Assembly: GCF_006345805.1 (NCBI RefSeq)
Contig: NC_043004.1
Location: 12,958,001-13,022,000, forward strand
Length of the DNA: 64,000 nt
Source: Octopus sinensis
Taxonomy: Eukaryota
Direction: 5' to 3'
Part shown: positions 38,957 to 50,909 of the stretch, in pieces
How positions within the stretch are numbered: the first letter of the stretch is position 1
Layout: each line of letters starts with the position of its first letter
Position numbers and translations under genes: made by a program
The notes under the pieces: generated by a model
The model's input: the letters and a program-made list of their open reading frames with translations, nothing else
Told to the model about the DNA's origin: nothing
Databases searched by the model: none

Positions 38957-39085
38957 GATGAACGGCAACGAGAAACTTAGAGTAACAGATTTTGTTGAAT
39001 TTTCTGCTGCTTAAAATAAAGCATATTACTCTACCACTGGTATTTGAGTACTCTTTTTTCCACCTTGTTTCACATTTACTCCGGT
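38956..39085 (+). mobile_element. Solo terminal fragment of the PLE pLTR with most of the hammerhead
   Basis: tgatgaacggcaacgagaaacttagagtaacag...actccggt matches 23600-23733. Confidence 0.85.
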
Positions 39086-39089
39086 ATAT

Positions 39090-41743
39090 GTTAGTTAGTT
39101 AATTTGGCTCAAAAGCAAATAGCAAGGCCATGTAGGGGGACATGGAGTTAAGTACAGGGTGGTGTTCATGTAAAGAGTTCAGGCCACTTGAGGTCCAGGG
39201 AGGCTTTGAACAAAGCGGTCGTCGGCATCTTCACCATCTCATCTGGCAGCTTGTTCCACGGATCCGCAACCCGGACGGAGAAAGCTCCTCTCCTTCGATT
39301 GAGATGAAATCGTCGCAGGTAGAGCTTTTCGGAATGACCCCGCAGCCGACGCTCCGGAGCAGGAGTGAAGAACAGCTCTTTCGAGAGGTTACACTTCCCG
39401 CTTATGATGTTGTGGGCGAGAATGAGATCACCACGGCGGCGGCGTTTTTCAAGAGAATAAAGGTCGAGCGTCCTCAGCCTTTCTTCGTAGGACAAATTTT
39501 TGAGACCATGAACCAGGCGGGTAGCCAGCCTCTGGACTCTTTCGAGGTGCTGTATGTCTTTGAGGAGATAAGGAGAAGAGGCTTGAATCCCATACTCCAA
39601 TATGGGTCTCACCAGCGTGACATAGAGTGCCAGGAATATGGCTGCTGTGAGCACTCCGAATGACCGTCGAATCAAAAACAGAATTCCGTGCGCTTTGTTG
39701 GCAGCATGGACGCACTGGGCCGAAGGTGAAAAGGAGGAATCCACCAAGATACCCAGGTCCTTTACCTGATCGGTCCTCTCCAGCAGCAGACGACCCGGCT
39801 CGAAATCAAGTTGAGTTGTAGGAGTAGAGCCGACAGGCAGATGACAGCACTTTGACACGTTCAGACACAGGTCCCAATCGTTAGACCACTTCCAAATTTG
39901 GTGGAGGCATCGACGAAGATCCTCTATACTACCGCGAGGAGCGACCAGTTTGATATCGTAGGCAAATAGAAGGGTGTGTTGCGTGAGGTCGTCGGGCAAG
40001 TCATTTATGAAGACTAAGAACAAGAAGGGCCCAAGCACTGAACCTTGAGGCACGCCACTGCTTGCACTGGAGACGTCGGACCGCGAACCATTAACTTGAA
40101 CTTGGAAGGAGCGATCTGAGAGGAAGGCACCAACTCATCGTACAATATCCGGATGGAAACTATATGCTTGAAGCTTGACAAGTAGTAGGCGGTGGTTTAC
40201 CGAGTCAAAAGCTTTGGCAAAGTCCAATAAAACGATGTCAACAGCATCACTATCATCGAGGATGCGCGTCACCAATTCTTCCATTACTAGTAAGTTGGTC
40301 AAGCATGATCTCTTCGGCACGAACCCGTGTTGGGAATCAGTGATCGAGGCTGTGTTTAGGAGGTGGAGCATCATACTTTTCTTAAGGATGGTTTCGAACA
40401 TCTTGCTGATTATTGATGTAAGGGAAACCGGTCGGTAGTTAAGCGGGTCTTCGCGGCTCCCTTTCTTGAAAATTGGGCAGATTATCGCTGTTCTCCAGTC
40501 TGCAGGTATAACACCCGTCGCCAATGACATATTGAATAGTCGTGTTAAGGGCTCGCAGATGACCGGAGCCAACGCTTTAATAACCTGTGGGTGTATGCCG
40601 TCAGGGCCGTGACCCTTGTTGACATCGAGGCCTTGAATAACACGTTTGACTTGGTCCCGCGTGATGATCAATCGAAGCATTGGAGGTACCGATCTATCAA
40701 ATGGAGGGGGTTCACGACCATCATCTTGTTTGAAAATAGTTGAAAAAGCCTCGGCAAATAATTGACTCTGTTGATAAGAGTCCTCAATCGATACGCCTGT
40801 TGAGTCTACCAATGTTACAATCTGGTTGTTCAAGCGGGAATTCTGCTGGACATGGGCAAAGAAGGTTTTTGGATTGCTACTGGCATTTGCCGCGATTTTG
40901 TATTCATAACTGAAGCGTTCTTTCTTTTCAATTTTCACGGCTCGGTCTCGTTGAGTTTTGTACACCTCAAAAGCTGCAGTCGAATCCAGATTTTTGAATT
41001 CAGCCCAAGCAATATCTCTGAGTCGACGTTCTCGTTTAACCTTCTTCGTCACCCAGGGCTTGTGTTTCTTCCTCTTGGGAAGTCCAACGGGAACTGCCTG
41101 GTCAGTCAAACAGATTACATATGCTTTGAGGGATGACCATAGTTCGTCAACTGAGGACAACGTCATCAGGGAACGCCAGTCCAGAAGCGCGGAAGCTTCG
41201 GTTAGAATTTCAAGATTAATTGCAGAGAAGACTCTACGTGGCAGCGAAGTAATCGTGGGCGTGGAAAAAGTTGTGTGCATGACGAACTTCAGGACCGCAT
41301 GATCACTCTTGGCAAGAGGGGCGCACACAGATACGTCTGACACTGATCTTGGATAGCGGGAGAATACCAGATCTAGCATAGATGGCTGCTGCCCAGACCG
41401 ATGCCTTGTCAGATATTCAACATGTTGCGATAGAAAACAATCTTCAGCCACGTCAAGAAGGGCCTGGCCGAACCGGGAAGATGTTGTACAAATTGATGCG
41501 GGCCAATCGATCATGGGAGCGTTGAAGTCGCCTAGTACCAAGCAGTCATGCGAAGCTGAAACGAATCTTATCGCCTCGAGTAGATGAGCATCGTCCTGGG
41601 GGTCGGCTAGAGGCGGCCTGTAGACAGCCAACACGGGCAGGCAAAACTCAGATAGGCTCAGCTTGCAATAGACGGCATCGAATTTGGTTGTAGGTTGAGC
41701 ATTTGTGGGTAGAATACCGCAGGACGGTTTGTGCTCAGACTTA

Positions 41744-41745
<2 letters not shown>
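39090..41745 (-). mobile_element. 5'-truncated CR1-group LINE (APE endonuclease + RT), young
   Basis: VYRPP, GDFN, LDLVF, SDH; YRPVSLTS, LDFAKAFDSV, PQGSVLGP, FAYD (FADD mutated), RRRRGDLI; single TGG>TGA at 40135; (TAAC)n tail. Confidence 0.95.
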
Positions 41746-41788
<43 letters not shown>

Positions 41789-41884
41789 TAATCCGAACAA
41801 GAAAGCACAAAAAAACGCAACAACGCGAGGACGTGGAACAAATATAGTATTATTGGACGCACAGGAAAGAAGGAAAGAAGGAGG

Positions 41885-41920
41885 GTTTAATGTTTCGAGC
41901 GGAGCTCTTCATCGGAAACA
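41885..41920 (-). ncRNA. Minimal hammerhead-like motif, CCGA core variant
   Basis: Minus: GUUU CCGAUGA A GAGC-UCC-GCUC GAAA CAUU AAAC; stem I GUUU/AAAC. Confidence 0.5.
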
Positions 41921-42180
41921 TAGGAGAAGGAAAGATCCAGAGAAAGGAAGACAGAGGAAAAAAAATCGGCAACGGTACACTTGAGGTCACATTTTGAAAC
42001 CGGTATGATAAGCACTAAGCTTACAAATAATGAGTCCTGGGAGTCGATCTGCTCCACAAAATGCGGTGCTCCAGCATAGCTGCAGTCATATGACTAAAAA
42101 TATGAAAGAATAAAAGAGTATATATACATAGGTATTATATATAAACACATACATGTATACACACACACACATATATATAG

Positions 42181-42233
<53 letters not shown>

Positions 42234-42990
42234 CCACGTGCTTTCACAAACCAATTTTCTTATCTCTCTCTCTCTCTCTATATATATAGGAATGAAAACT
42301 GCACATCCGTACACAAACCAATACATTGAAATTATGTTACAGAGGGAAGGAGCAGCCAAGAAGTGAAAATATATAGACAGAGACCAAATCAGATATACAC
42401 TTATAAATTTGTCAACGTTCTTCTATATCATATCATCAGGAAGACAGACAGAAGACGTACAGCCAGACGGACAAATAGATAAACCTGACAGATGGATATT
42501 TAGACAGCGAGAAAGAGAATAGAGAGAGGAGAAGAAAGAATAAGAGAGAGGGAGAAAGAGAGAGAGAGAGAGAGAGAGAGCGAGTCGTTCTGTTCTATTC
42601 ACATTTGCCTTGTTATTTTTGTCGGTCATCTGAGATGACAACCTTCAAGAAATCGGGATTTTTATGGTGGCAGTCTAGTGAAAGATGAAATTAGCATAAT
42701 GAGATGTGATGTCTAACACATGCCAGTTCTAACACTCTGTCGTTGTGCCTCGCGTCCTTCTTTGATGTCTCTTTATTGCAAGCAGCGTTGACTCTCGACT
42801 TAACGAGAGAAATGTTAAAAAATACACAAATATTGAAGGATCGTGAGGAAGAAAGAAAGACGTGTTGAAAGAATAAGTGCAATGAAAAATGAGGGAAAGA
42901 AAACCTGCTAATAAATGCTAGGTATTTAAATATGTGCTTACACATGTATGCTCACATCCAAGTTGATATATACATACATCATTATATATA

Positions 42991-43033
<43 letters not shown>

Positions 43034-43134
43034 ATATATATATAATATAGATGCATATGTATATACATGTATGTGTTTATATATAAAATGTATGTATATA
43101 CAATATACATATATATATATATATATATTCTTTT

Positions 43135-43344
43135 ATTCCTTCATATTTTCAGTTATATGACGGCAGCTATGCTGGAAGGCCGCATTTTGTGGAGCAGATC
43201 GACCCCATGGACTCATTATTTGTAAACTTTTTGTCGAACCGCTAGGTTACGGGGACGCAAATACAACAGCACCGGTTGTCAAGCGATGTTGAGGGGGAGG
43301 ACAAACACAAGCACACTAACACACTTACACACACACACACACAC

Positions 43345-43399
<55 letters not shown>

Positions 43400-43567
43400 C
43401 ATACACGGACACATTTCTTTCAGTTTCCGTCTACCAAATCCACTCACAAGAGTTTGGTCGGCCTAAGGCTATAGTAGAAGACACTTGCCCAAGGTGCCAC
43501 GCAGTGGGACTGAACCCGGAACCGTGTGGTAAGCAAGCTATTTACTACACAGCCATTCCTAAGCCTA
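43135..43567 (-). mobile_element. SINE family A
   Basis: Family consensus match, diverged. Confidence 0.85.
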
Positions 43568-43569
43568 CG

Positions 43570-43603
<34 letters not shown>

Positions 43604-44039
43604 TGCACACATTCACACATGCATACATACACACATTCACACATACACACGCCTGTGTGCATATACTTACATCTATGCAGATATACTTACACAAATGAAT
43701 ATACGTGTGTGTGTTTTAATGTGTATATATATTTGTTTGCGTATATATGTATTTGTGTTTATAGGTATGCAATCGTACATACGCACACAAATACGAAAGA
43801 CAAAAAAAATCGTTTTTTTACGACCTGAGATGTGAAGGTTGGTATGCCGGGATGTTGGCGCCATACGTGGTTTCACTCTACACTAGAAAGATAAGGGAGA
43901 TGATAAACTGTTGAAACTAGAGCCAGCGATGGACAAATAGGTTTGAACATCTGGAAGTTAACAGCATAGACCGACCAATATTTGGCCTTCACATGTACCA
44001 ACGGCCGTAAAACATATTATTGTACGTGCGTGTCTGTGT

Positions 44040-44104
<65 letters not shown>

Positions 44105-44254
44105 TAGTGTGTGTTATGAAGTCTAAAGAATTTTTCAGGAATTCTCGTAAAACTTCCTTAAATATTTCTTCCATTTTAATGCTCCGGAATTTTATATATC
44201 TGTATGTGTTTGTGCGTGTATTTGTGCTTGTATATTTATCTGTCTGTTTATTTA

Positions 44255-44269
<15 letters not shown>

Positions 44270-44340
<71 letters not shown>

Positions 44341-44412
44341 GCTCGATCTTCCTGACTGTCAGAGCGTCTGTCCTTGTTTGTCTAATTAGCTATGAATCCA
44401 TCTTACTATTTG

Positions 44413-44497
<85 letters not shown>

Positions 44498-44508
44498 CTA
44501 TCTATCTC
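44270..44508. repeat. (TCTG)/(TCTA)n microsatellites
   Basis: Direct reading. Confidence 0.95.
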
Positions 44509-44829
44509 CCGGACGGACGCTAGTCAAATGGGGTCCACGTAAGTTGGCCATTTTTAAATGTTTAAAACTCTTTATTGCGAAATAATTTGTGTTTAAATGT
44601 TGTGCAAGAACATTCACAACAAAACTTGATAAATATATACATAGGATTTCGCCCCTTTGGGGTCGAAATTTCCAAAATTTTGAAGGCTTTCGTGGTTTCA
44701 TTTTAGTCATTTTTCATTCCAAAAATTGCAACTGGAAACCACGTGGCCAGCGCGCAAGTCATGCGGGATGCTAGCGAGGCGCTACCGCTACCATTAGCAG
44801 CTGAACCTAACAGCTTGAACACCGCTGTC

Positions 44830-47110
44830 GCACATGTTGACTGCTTGACACACATGTAGACTATGTGGGCAGAGATAGGAATAGACGGGGATGCAAATGG
44901 CTCAGAGACCTGCTCAGACGCTTTCAATTGTCTGACAGGTAACGACTCGACCACCCGAATGTGCCAACGTGAACATGGAGCAACCGCATAAGGTCATCGA
45001 GATCGTATCTAGATAGGATACTGTGTAGGACAGTAGATAGAGATAGCTTAGGGTGTCCACAATTCCACATAGTCAACTACATGGATCACAAACTTGTGAC
45101 GTATATGATAGATTTAGATAAGACACATAGGCAGAGTCCCGGGTACTGGAAACTAAACGCATCTTTCCCATCCAGACAAGTTTTCAAAGACGGATTAGCA
45201 CGCTAGTAAAGAGGGCTTTGACGGGAGCCATCGTCAACAGCAAATGGTGGTTTGCCCTCTAGAGAGCAATAAAAGTAGAAGCGATTAGGTATAGCAAAGC
45301 ACTTGCCATAGATAGAAACAGAGTAGAAGGTGACCTAGTTAAAAAGCTAGAAGAGCCGATTAGAAGTGGAATCGTATCCGACGTTTTGGCGGCGAGGTTG
45401 GCCCTCGACCAACACTTCAACGCCAAACACGAAGAGTGTGATGTCAGAGCTAGGATGCGTGCTCTAAGGAACGAAGTTGTTGGAGCCGCGCGAGAGGCCC
45501 GGGTGGCGGAGGCGCAACAGGGCAACAAAGCCACCATTCGGTCTCTGGTAGATGAACAAGGGCGTGAATCTCTTGTCGAGAGTAGTGGCAGGCTGTGCAT
45601 GTAGGCAGTGAAGTCCACCCTGCGTTCTCGCTCGCCACTCGTCCCGAACAGTCGGGGAAAATGCTGTTGAAAGGCCTTCCACTATTCTCTACAAGAGAGG
45701 CAGGGTGCTGCGAAGGTGCCATCACGGCAGCGGAAGCGCGGAACGCGATGGCAGAATGCTCGAGGGACAAATCGCCGGGTTTGGATGGTCAACTCTATGA
45801 GCTAAAGTTGTATATCAGACTCGTTTGGAGACGTCTTTGCAGCAGTGTACTGCATCTGGCAGCAAAACGGGAGCATCTCCGGTTTCGTGAGCCGAGGAGA
45901 CGTAACTCTGCTGAAGAAAGATTCAAACAAGGGGGACGTAATAGATAACTTTAGGCCCATCACTCTGCTCAATGCAGACTTTGGTCAATGTGTTAGCCAA
46001 GTGGTTAGCGCTTGTCATTGAGAAACTGGACGATAAGGCGCAAACGTGTGCCGTGCCGGGCCGGAGCATCCATGACAACCTCCATCTGATGCGCTACATC
46101 ATACACAGGGTAGTTAAGGAACATGGCATGTGTGAGGACCTGATCAATTTGGATCAATCGAATGCGTTCGATAGGGTAGACAATCGATACTTGGAGGCTA
46201 CCCTCATAGCGGCTGGTTTCAGTCTCGTCTTCCGCGGCTGGATAGCTGCTTTGTACAGAGCATCCGTTCGGTAATTCGCGTAAATGGACATCTATCGAGA
46301 CCTTTCGCCATTGCACGTTCAGTCCGTCAGGAATGCCCCCTCTCGTCGCTTCTATACGTATTGACCCTCGAACCAGTACTGCGGAAGATGGCGACGCTGA
46401 GGGACATCCCGCAAGAATTGGGATACGGGACGTGCGTGACTGTATACGCGGACGACGTTACCGTCGTAGTGTCAAGCCAGAAACACATCGAGCTGGTCAG
46501 TGAGACATTGAACGACTACGAAGCGGTAACAGAAGCGAAAATCAACCGGTAAAAGTCAGTGGGCTTGCCGCTCGGCACCTAGAGAAGCAAGCCCACGCCG
46601 TCCACCATCGCCTCCGTCGTGGGACGCTGGACCGAAGGTCCTGTCGAGTTTTTCGCGTTCTGATTTAGTCCTGACCTCCAAACGAAGAACTGGAACAAGA
46701 TAACGAGCGGGGGGATCACTCTCGCCTGGCAATGGAACGAGAGGAAGCTGTCCCTTAAAGGTCGGGCGAAGGTGGCGAACACATACATCGCTTCCGTCAT
46801 CTACTACCGTTTGACCGCCCTGCCTTGTCCCGACCCTATCATCACCAAGATAGAACGCATTCTCTTCCGCTTCTTGTGGAAAGGATGCGTTCCGATGGTC
46901 GGGCGATCCGTTTGCTACCAACACCCGTTAAAAGGAGGGCTGGGCATGTCATGGTTGATGATGCGCAGTCTCGCGATGGTGACATCTTCGGCTCTACTTA
47001 GATGACAGTGAACAGGTGAGGTCGCCGTTTGTGAGGCGCGCTTTCCCGCAGATCGTCTCCATGACCGAACAGCAGTCGTGGATCAAAAAGAGGCCGAAGA
47101 AGGGAGAATG
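44830..47110 (+). mobile_element. Decayed Tx1/L1-clade LINE ORF2
   Basis: YLDRI..DH..PGYWKLN (EN end), KSPGLDG, FRPITLLNAD, QTCAVPGRSIHDN, LDQSNAFDRVD, VRQECPLS, YADD, LSLKGRAKVAN, PLKGGLG; many frameshifts and stops. Confidence 0.85.
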
Positions 47111-47112
47111 GC

Positions 47113-47440
47113 AAAGTGGACCTCGGCAGAATTTGTACTCAGAACGTAACGGCAGACGAAATATCTATTTCTTTACTATCCCAAGGTGCTAAACACAGAG
47201 AAGACAAATGACAGACAAACGGATTAAGTCGATTATATCGACCCCAGTGCGTAACTGGTACTTATTTAATCGACCCCGAAAGGATGAAAGGCAAAGTCGA
47301 CCTCGGCGGAATTTGAACTCAGAACGTAACGACAGACGAAATACCGCTAAGCATTTCACCCGGTTTGCTCCGGCATGCTCCGGCGTGCCCCGGCGCGCTC
47401 CGGCGTGCTCCGGCGTGCTACGGCGTGCTAGCGATTCCGC
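47113..47440 (-). mobile_element. SINE family B dimer with 10-bp unit expansion in head
   Basis: Two cores; (CCGGCGTGCT)-like unit about six times at 47365-47430. Confidence 0.85.
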
Positions 47441-48538
47441 CATCTTACAGCCTTCAGGGACAGTTGGTATAAGTTAAAGTCAACGAAAAGGTGAATGAGA
47501 AGGAAAAAGGGAAGCTGCATTACACTGCAAGCGATCGGCAGTTAACATTGGTTTCCATCTATTCCTTCTGGCTACCGATCGTTTGTGGCAAACAAACAAT
47601 CTCCTCATCTATCCTTAAACAACTGTAAGAAATATGTGCACACGTTCCTTCATTCCTCTTTTCTCCTCATCCAGCCTTTGGTTCTACCAACCATAATCAG
47701 CTTTGCTCAATACAAATAATTTGAACATAACGTATGATTGTTTCGGGAGTGTAATAGCATTTACATTAAGCATACTTTTGCGACCAGTTTATCCAAGTCT
47801 TACATGGCATATCTGCTAATAAGTAAAAGCTGTTAATAATCTGTGCGGACAGAAAATGGGTATCTTTTCTCTGATTAAAGTCGCAGTAGACGAGAAACTA
47901 ATGAGATTGATTTCACTTTTTCTGCTCACAGGGATATAAAATCTGAGATATAAAGACTTAGCTTACGTTATACAGCATGTTTAAAATTATATGATTATTT
48001 CGAAAATGTACACTTTATATTTGACAGTTTCCAACAAATCTGTTATAAATTAATTCTGCAAATTAACTCACAGATTTAGCTGCGTCCTATTCTGTAAACA
48101 TCCAGAATAAACTTGTTATTAAATCTTGCCGTAGACAGAAGGAAGATATTCAGTTTTTCATGAAAATCTTGAGATACTAGAAAGTAGTTCGGATCTGTCT
48201 AAGTTTTCTGCTATGCACATGTTAATACGGACTTAACTATTGTTTTGTGATGAGGATGGCGAACAGTAAGTTCTCTCAATTTACTCGCAGACTTGTATTC
48301 CCTCATCCCTATTTTGACTTGTATAGCAAAATTTAAAAAGTCATTGATTACGTCATTATGGCTTTAGAATTTATAGACTTATCACTTCTACTTTTCAAAA
48401 ATTAAAAAAAAATATTTTGCATTTTCTAATAGTTGTTTTGTAATATTTTGGCAGGATCATTATGCTAATAGTAAACACACGCACTCCTTCTGTTTCACTT
48501 CTTTTCTTCTTCAACTACAACTACTACTACTACTACTA

Positions 48539-48591
<53 letters not shown>

Positions 48592-48596
48592 CATCG

Positions 48597-48655
<59 letters not shown>

Positions 48656-48662
48656 GTTATTA

Positions 48663-48972
48663 TCCAGTGTTTTTTTTTATATATCGTGCTTTCACTTCAC
48701 TAGCGAGCGCAGCCCAGTGTACCTTGGGTATGTGCTGTGATTTGTTGTGATGCTCTGATGTATTGAACTGTATTGAAATAGTTTTGCGTAGGATGTGTGC
48801 AATGCCCAGTAGTGCAATTTTCTGTATGTTATATATGTTTGTAAGTCCTGGTATATTTGTTATGTATTTGTCTGAATATTTTTTATCATGCTTATTGTTT
48901 CTGTTTTTAGATTCCAGATTCGAGTTACCTCTATTTCCAGGTCTTTGTATTTTGAAAGTTTCTCCATCTGCT
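48663..48972 (-). mobile_element. R4/Dong-like 3' fragment, third subfamily
   Basis: MEKLSKYKDLEIEVTRIWNLKTE..IPGL..IQKIALLGIAHILRK; tail runs into (AAT)n. Confidence 0.75.
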
Positions 48973-48984
48973 GATATTGATATT

Positions 48985-49850
48985 TGCTCTCCATTTGGCC
49001 TGCTCTCCAGCTGGCCTGTTCTCCATTTGGCCAGCTCTCCAGCTGGCCTGCTCTCCTGCTGGCCTGCTCTCCAGCTGGCCTGCTCTCCAGTTGGCCTGCT
49101 CGCAAGCTGGCCTGCTCTCCCTCGCGTTGGCTTGCTCTCTAGTTGGCTTGTTCTCCTTTTGAATTGCTATCCATTTTGCTTGATCTCCTTTTGAATTGCT
49201 CTCCAGCTGGCTTGCTCTCCAGTTTGTTTTCTCACCAGTTTCGCTTGCTATCCATTTGGCTTGCTCTCCTTTTGACTTGCTCTCCAGTTGGCCTGCTCTT
49301 CAGCTTACCTGCTCTCCAGTTGGCTGCTCTCCTTTTGGCTTGCTCTCCAGTTAACTTGCTCTCCTTTTGACTTGCTCTCCAGTTGGCTTGCCCTCTTTTT
49401 GACTTGCTCTCCTTTTGACTTGCTCTCCTTTTGGCTTGCTCTCCAGTTGGCTTGCTCTCCAGCTGCCCTGCTCTCCAGTTGGCTTACTCTCCTTTTGTCT
49501 TCCTCTCCAGTTGACCTGCTCTCCAGCTGGCCTGCTCTCCATTTGGGGTGCTCTCCAGTTGGCTTGCTCTATTTTTGGCTTGCACTCCAGTTGGCTTGCG
49601 CTCCAGTTGGCCTGCTGCTCTCCAGCTGGCCTGCTCTCCAGTTGGCTTGCGCTCCAGTTGGCCTGCTGCTCTCTAGCCGGCCTGCTCTCCAGTTAGCCTG
49701 CTGCCCAGGTGGCCTGCTCCCCTTTTGGCTTTCTCTGCTTTTGGCTTGCTCTCCAGTTGGCCTGCTCTCCAGCTGGCCTGCTCTCCAGCTGGCCTGCTCT
49801 CCAGCTGGCCTGCTCTCCAGTTGGCCTGCTGCTCTCCAGCTGGCCTGCTG
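48985..49850. repeat. GC-rich minisatellite, ~16-nt unit GCCTGCTCTCCAG(C/T)TG
   Basis: Roughly 50 degenerate units with tttt/tttg variants. Confidence 0.9.
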
Positions 49851-49906
49851 TACATACATACATAGTTACATATTTATGTGTATCGTACATACATACTTGA
49901 ATGTAC

Positions 49907-49959
<53 letters not shown>

Positions 49960-50029
49960 TAATATATGTACGTATATATATACATATGAATGTACGTATA
50001 TATATATATATTATATATTATATATATAT

Positions 50030-50061
<32 letters not shown>

Positions 50062-50074
50062 ATATATATATATT

Positions 50075-50398
50075 TAACTGGCACTCCGTCGGTTGCGAAG
50101 ACAAAGGTTCCAGTTGATCCGATCAACGGAACAGCCCGCTCGTGAATTCGATGTGGAAGTTGCAGAGTATTCTACAGACACGTACAACCTGAACGTAGCT
50201 CTCAGGGAGATTCAGCTTGACACATAATGGGACGAGGCTGGCCCTTTCAAACATAGATACTACTTATTTCTTGCCGGGTGAATGGACTGGAGCAACCTGA
50301 AGTACAATGTCATGCTCACGGACACAACGCTTCGCCGGGAATTGCACTCACGCCTTTGCGATCGTAAGCCGAATGCCCTAACCACGAAGCCACTAGCT
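50075..50398 (-). mobile_element. tRNA-derived SINE (minor family)
   Basis: Minus: GTGGCTTCGTGGTTAGG..GCAATTCCCGGCG head; tail ..CGCAACCGACGGAGTGCCAGTT. Confidence 0.65.
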
Positions 50399-50413
50399 TT
50401 AACATATATATAT

Positions 50414-50464
<51 letters not shown>

Positions 50465-50564
50465 TATATATAATATATATATAATATATATATATATATT
50501 GATAAAAAAGGTAAGACAACAAAAGTAAGAAAGCGACCGCAATATTATGTAAATAGAGAATTTT

Positions 50565-50701
50565 ATTTGGTAGCCATGATAAAACTCCGAGCTTCGGATG
50601 CTGGGGTGGAAGTTTTATGATGGCCGGACAACTGAAGAGATGGTGGTGTGGATTTCCACCTCGGCATCTGAAACACGGTATTTTATCACGGCTACCGAAT
50701 A
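50565..50701. repeat. Decayed ~48-bp-arm inverted repeat overlapping a hammerhead-like core
   Basis: tatttggtagccatgataaaa..ggatgctggggtggaa / ttccacctcggcatctgaa..ttttatcacggctaccgaata. Confidence 0.7.
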
Positions 50702-50909
50702 ATTGTCACATATTACATTTACAGATATATATATATATATATATAATATATAATATATATATATATATATTATATATATATATACTCAAGATATATAACA
50801 GACTGGAATTGTAGGCCTGTCTCTTGCAATTTCGATCAACTGGATCTTGTCCTCCCTCGGCTGCAGCGAAATTCATTTTTGGACTTTCTTCTATCGAAGG
50901 CATTAAAAC

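Noticed and set aside
39142-41302. Plus-strand ORFs overlapping the CR1 copy (and 51541-52017)
   Set aside because: Antisense shadows of the GC-balanced LINE ORF
48977-49962. Long Leu/Ser/Trp-rich ORFs resembling membrane proteins
   Set aside because: Products of a stop-free 16-mer minisatellite
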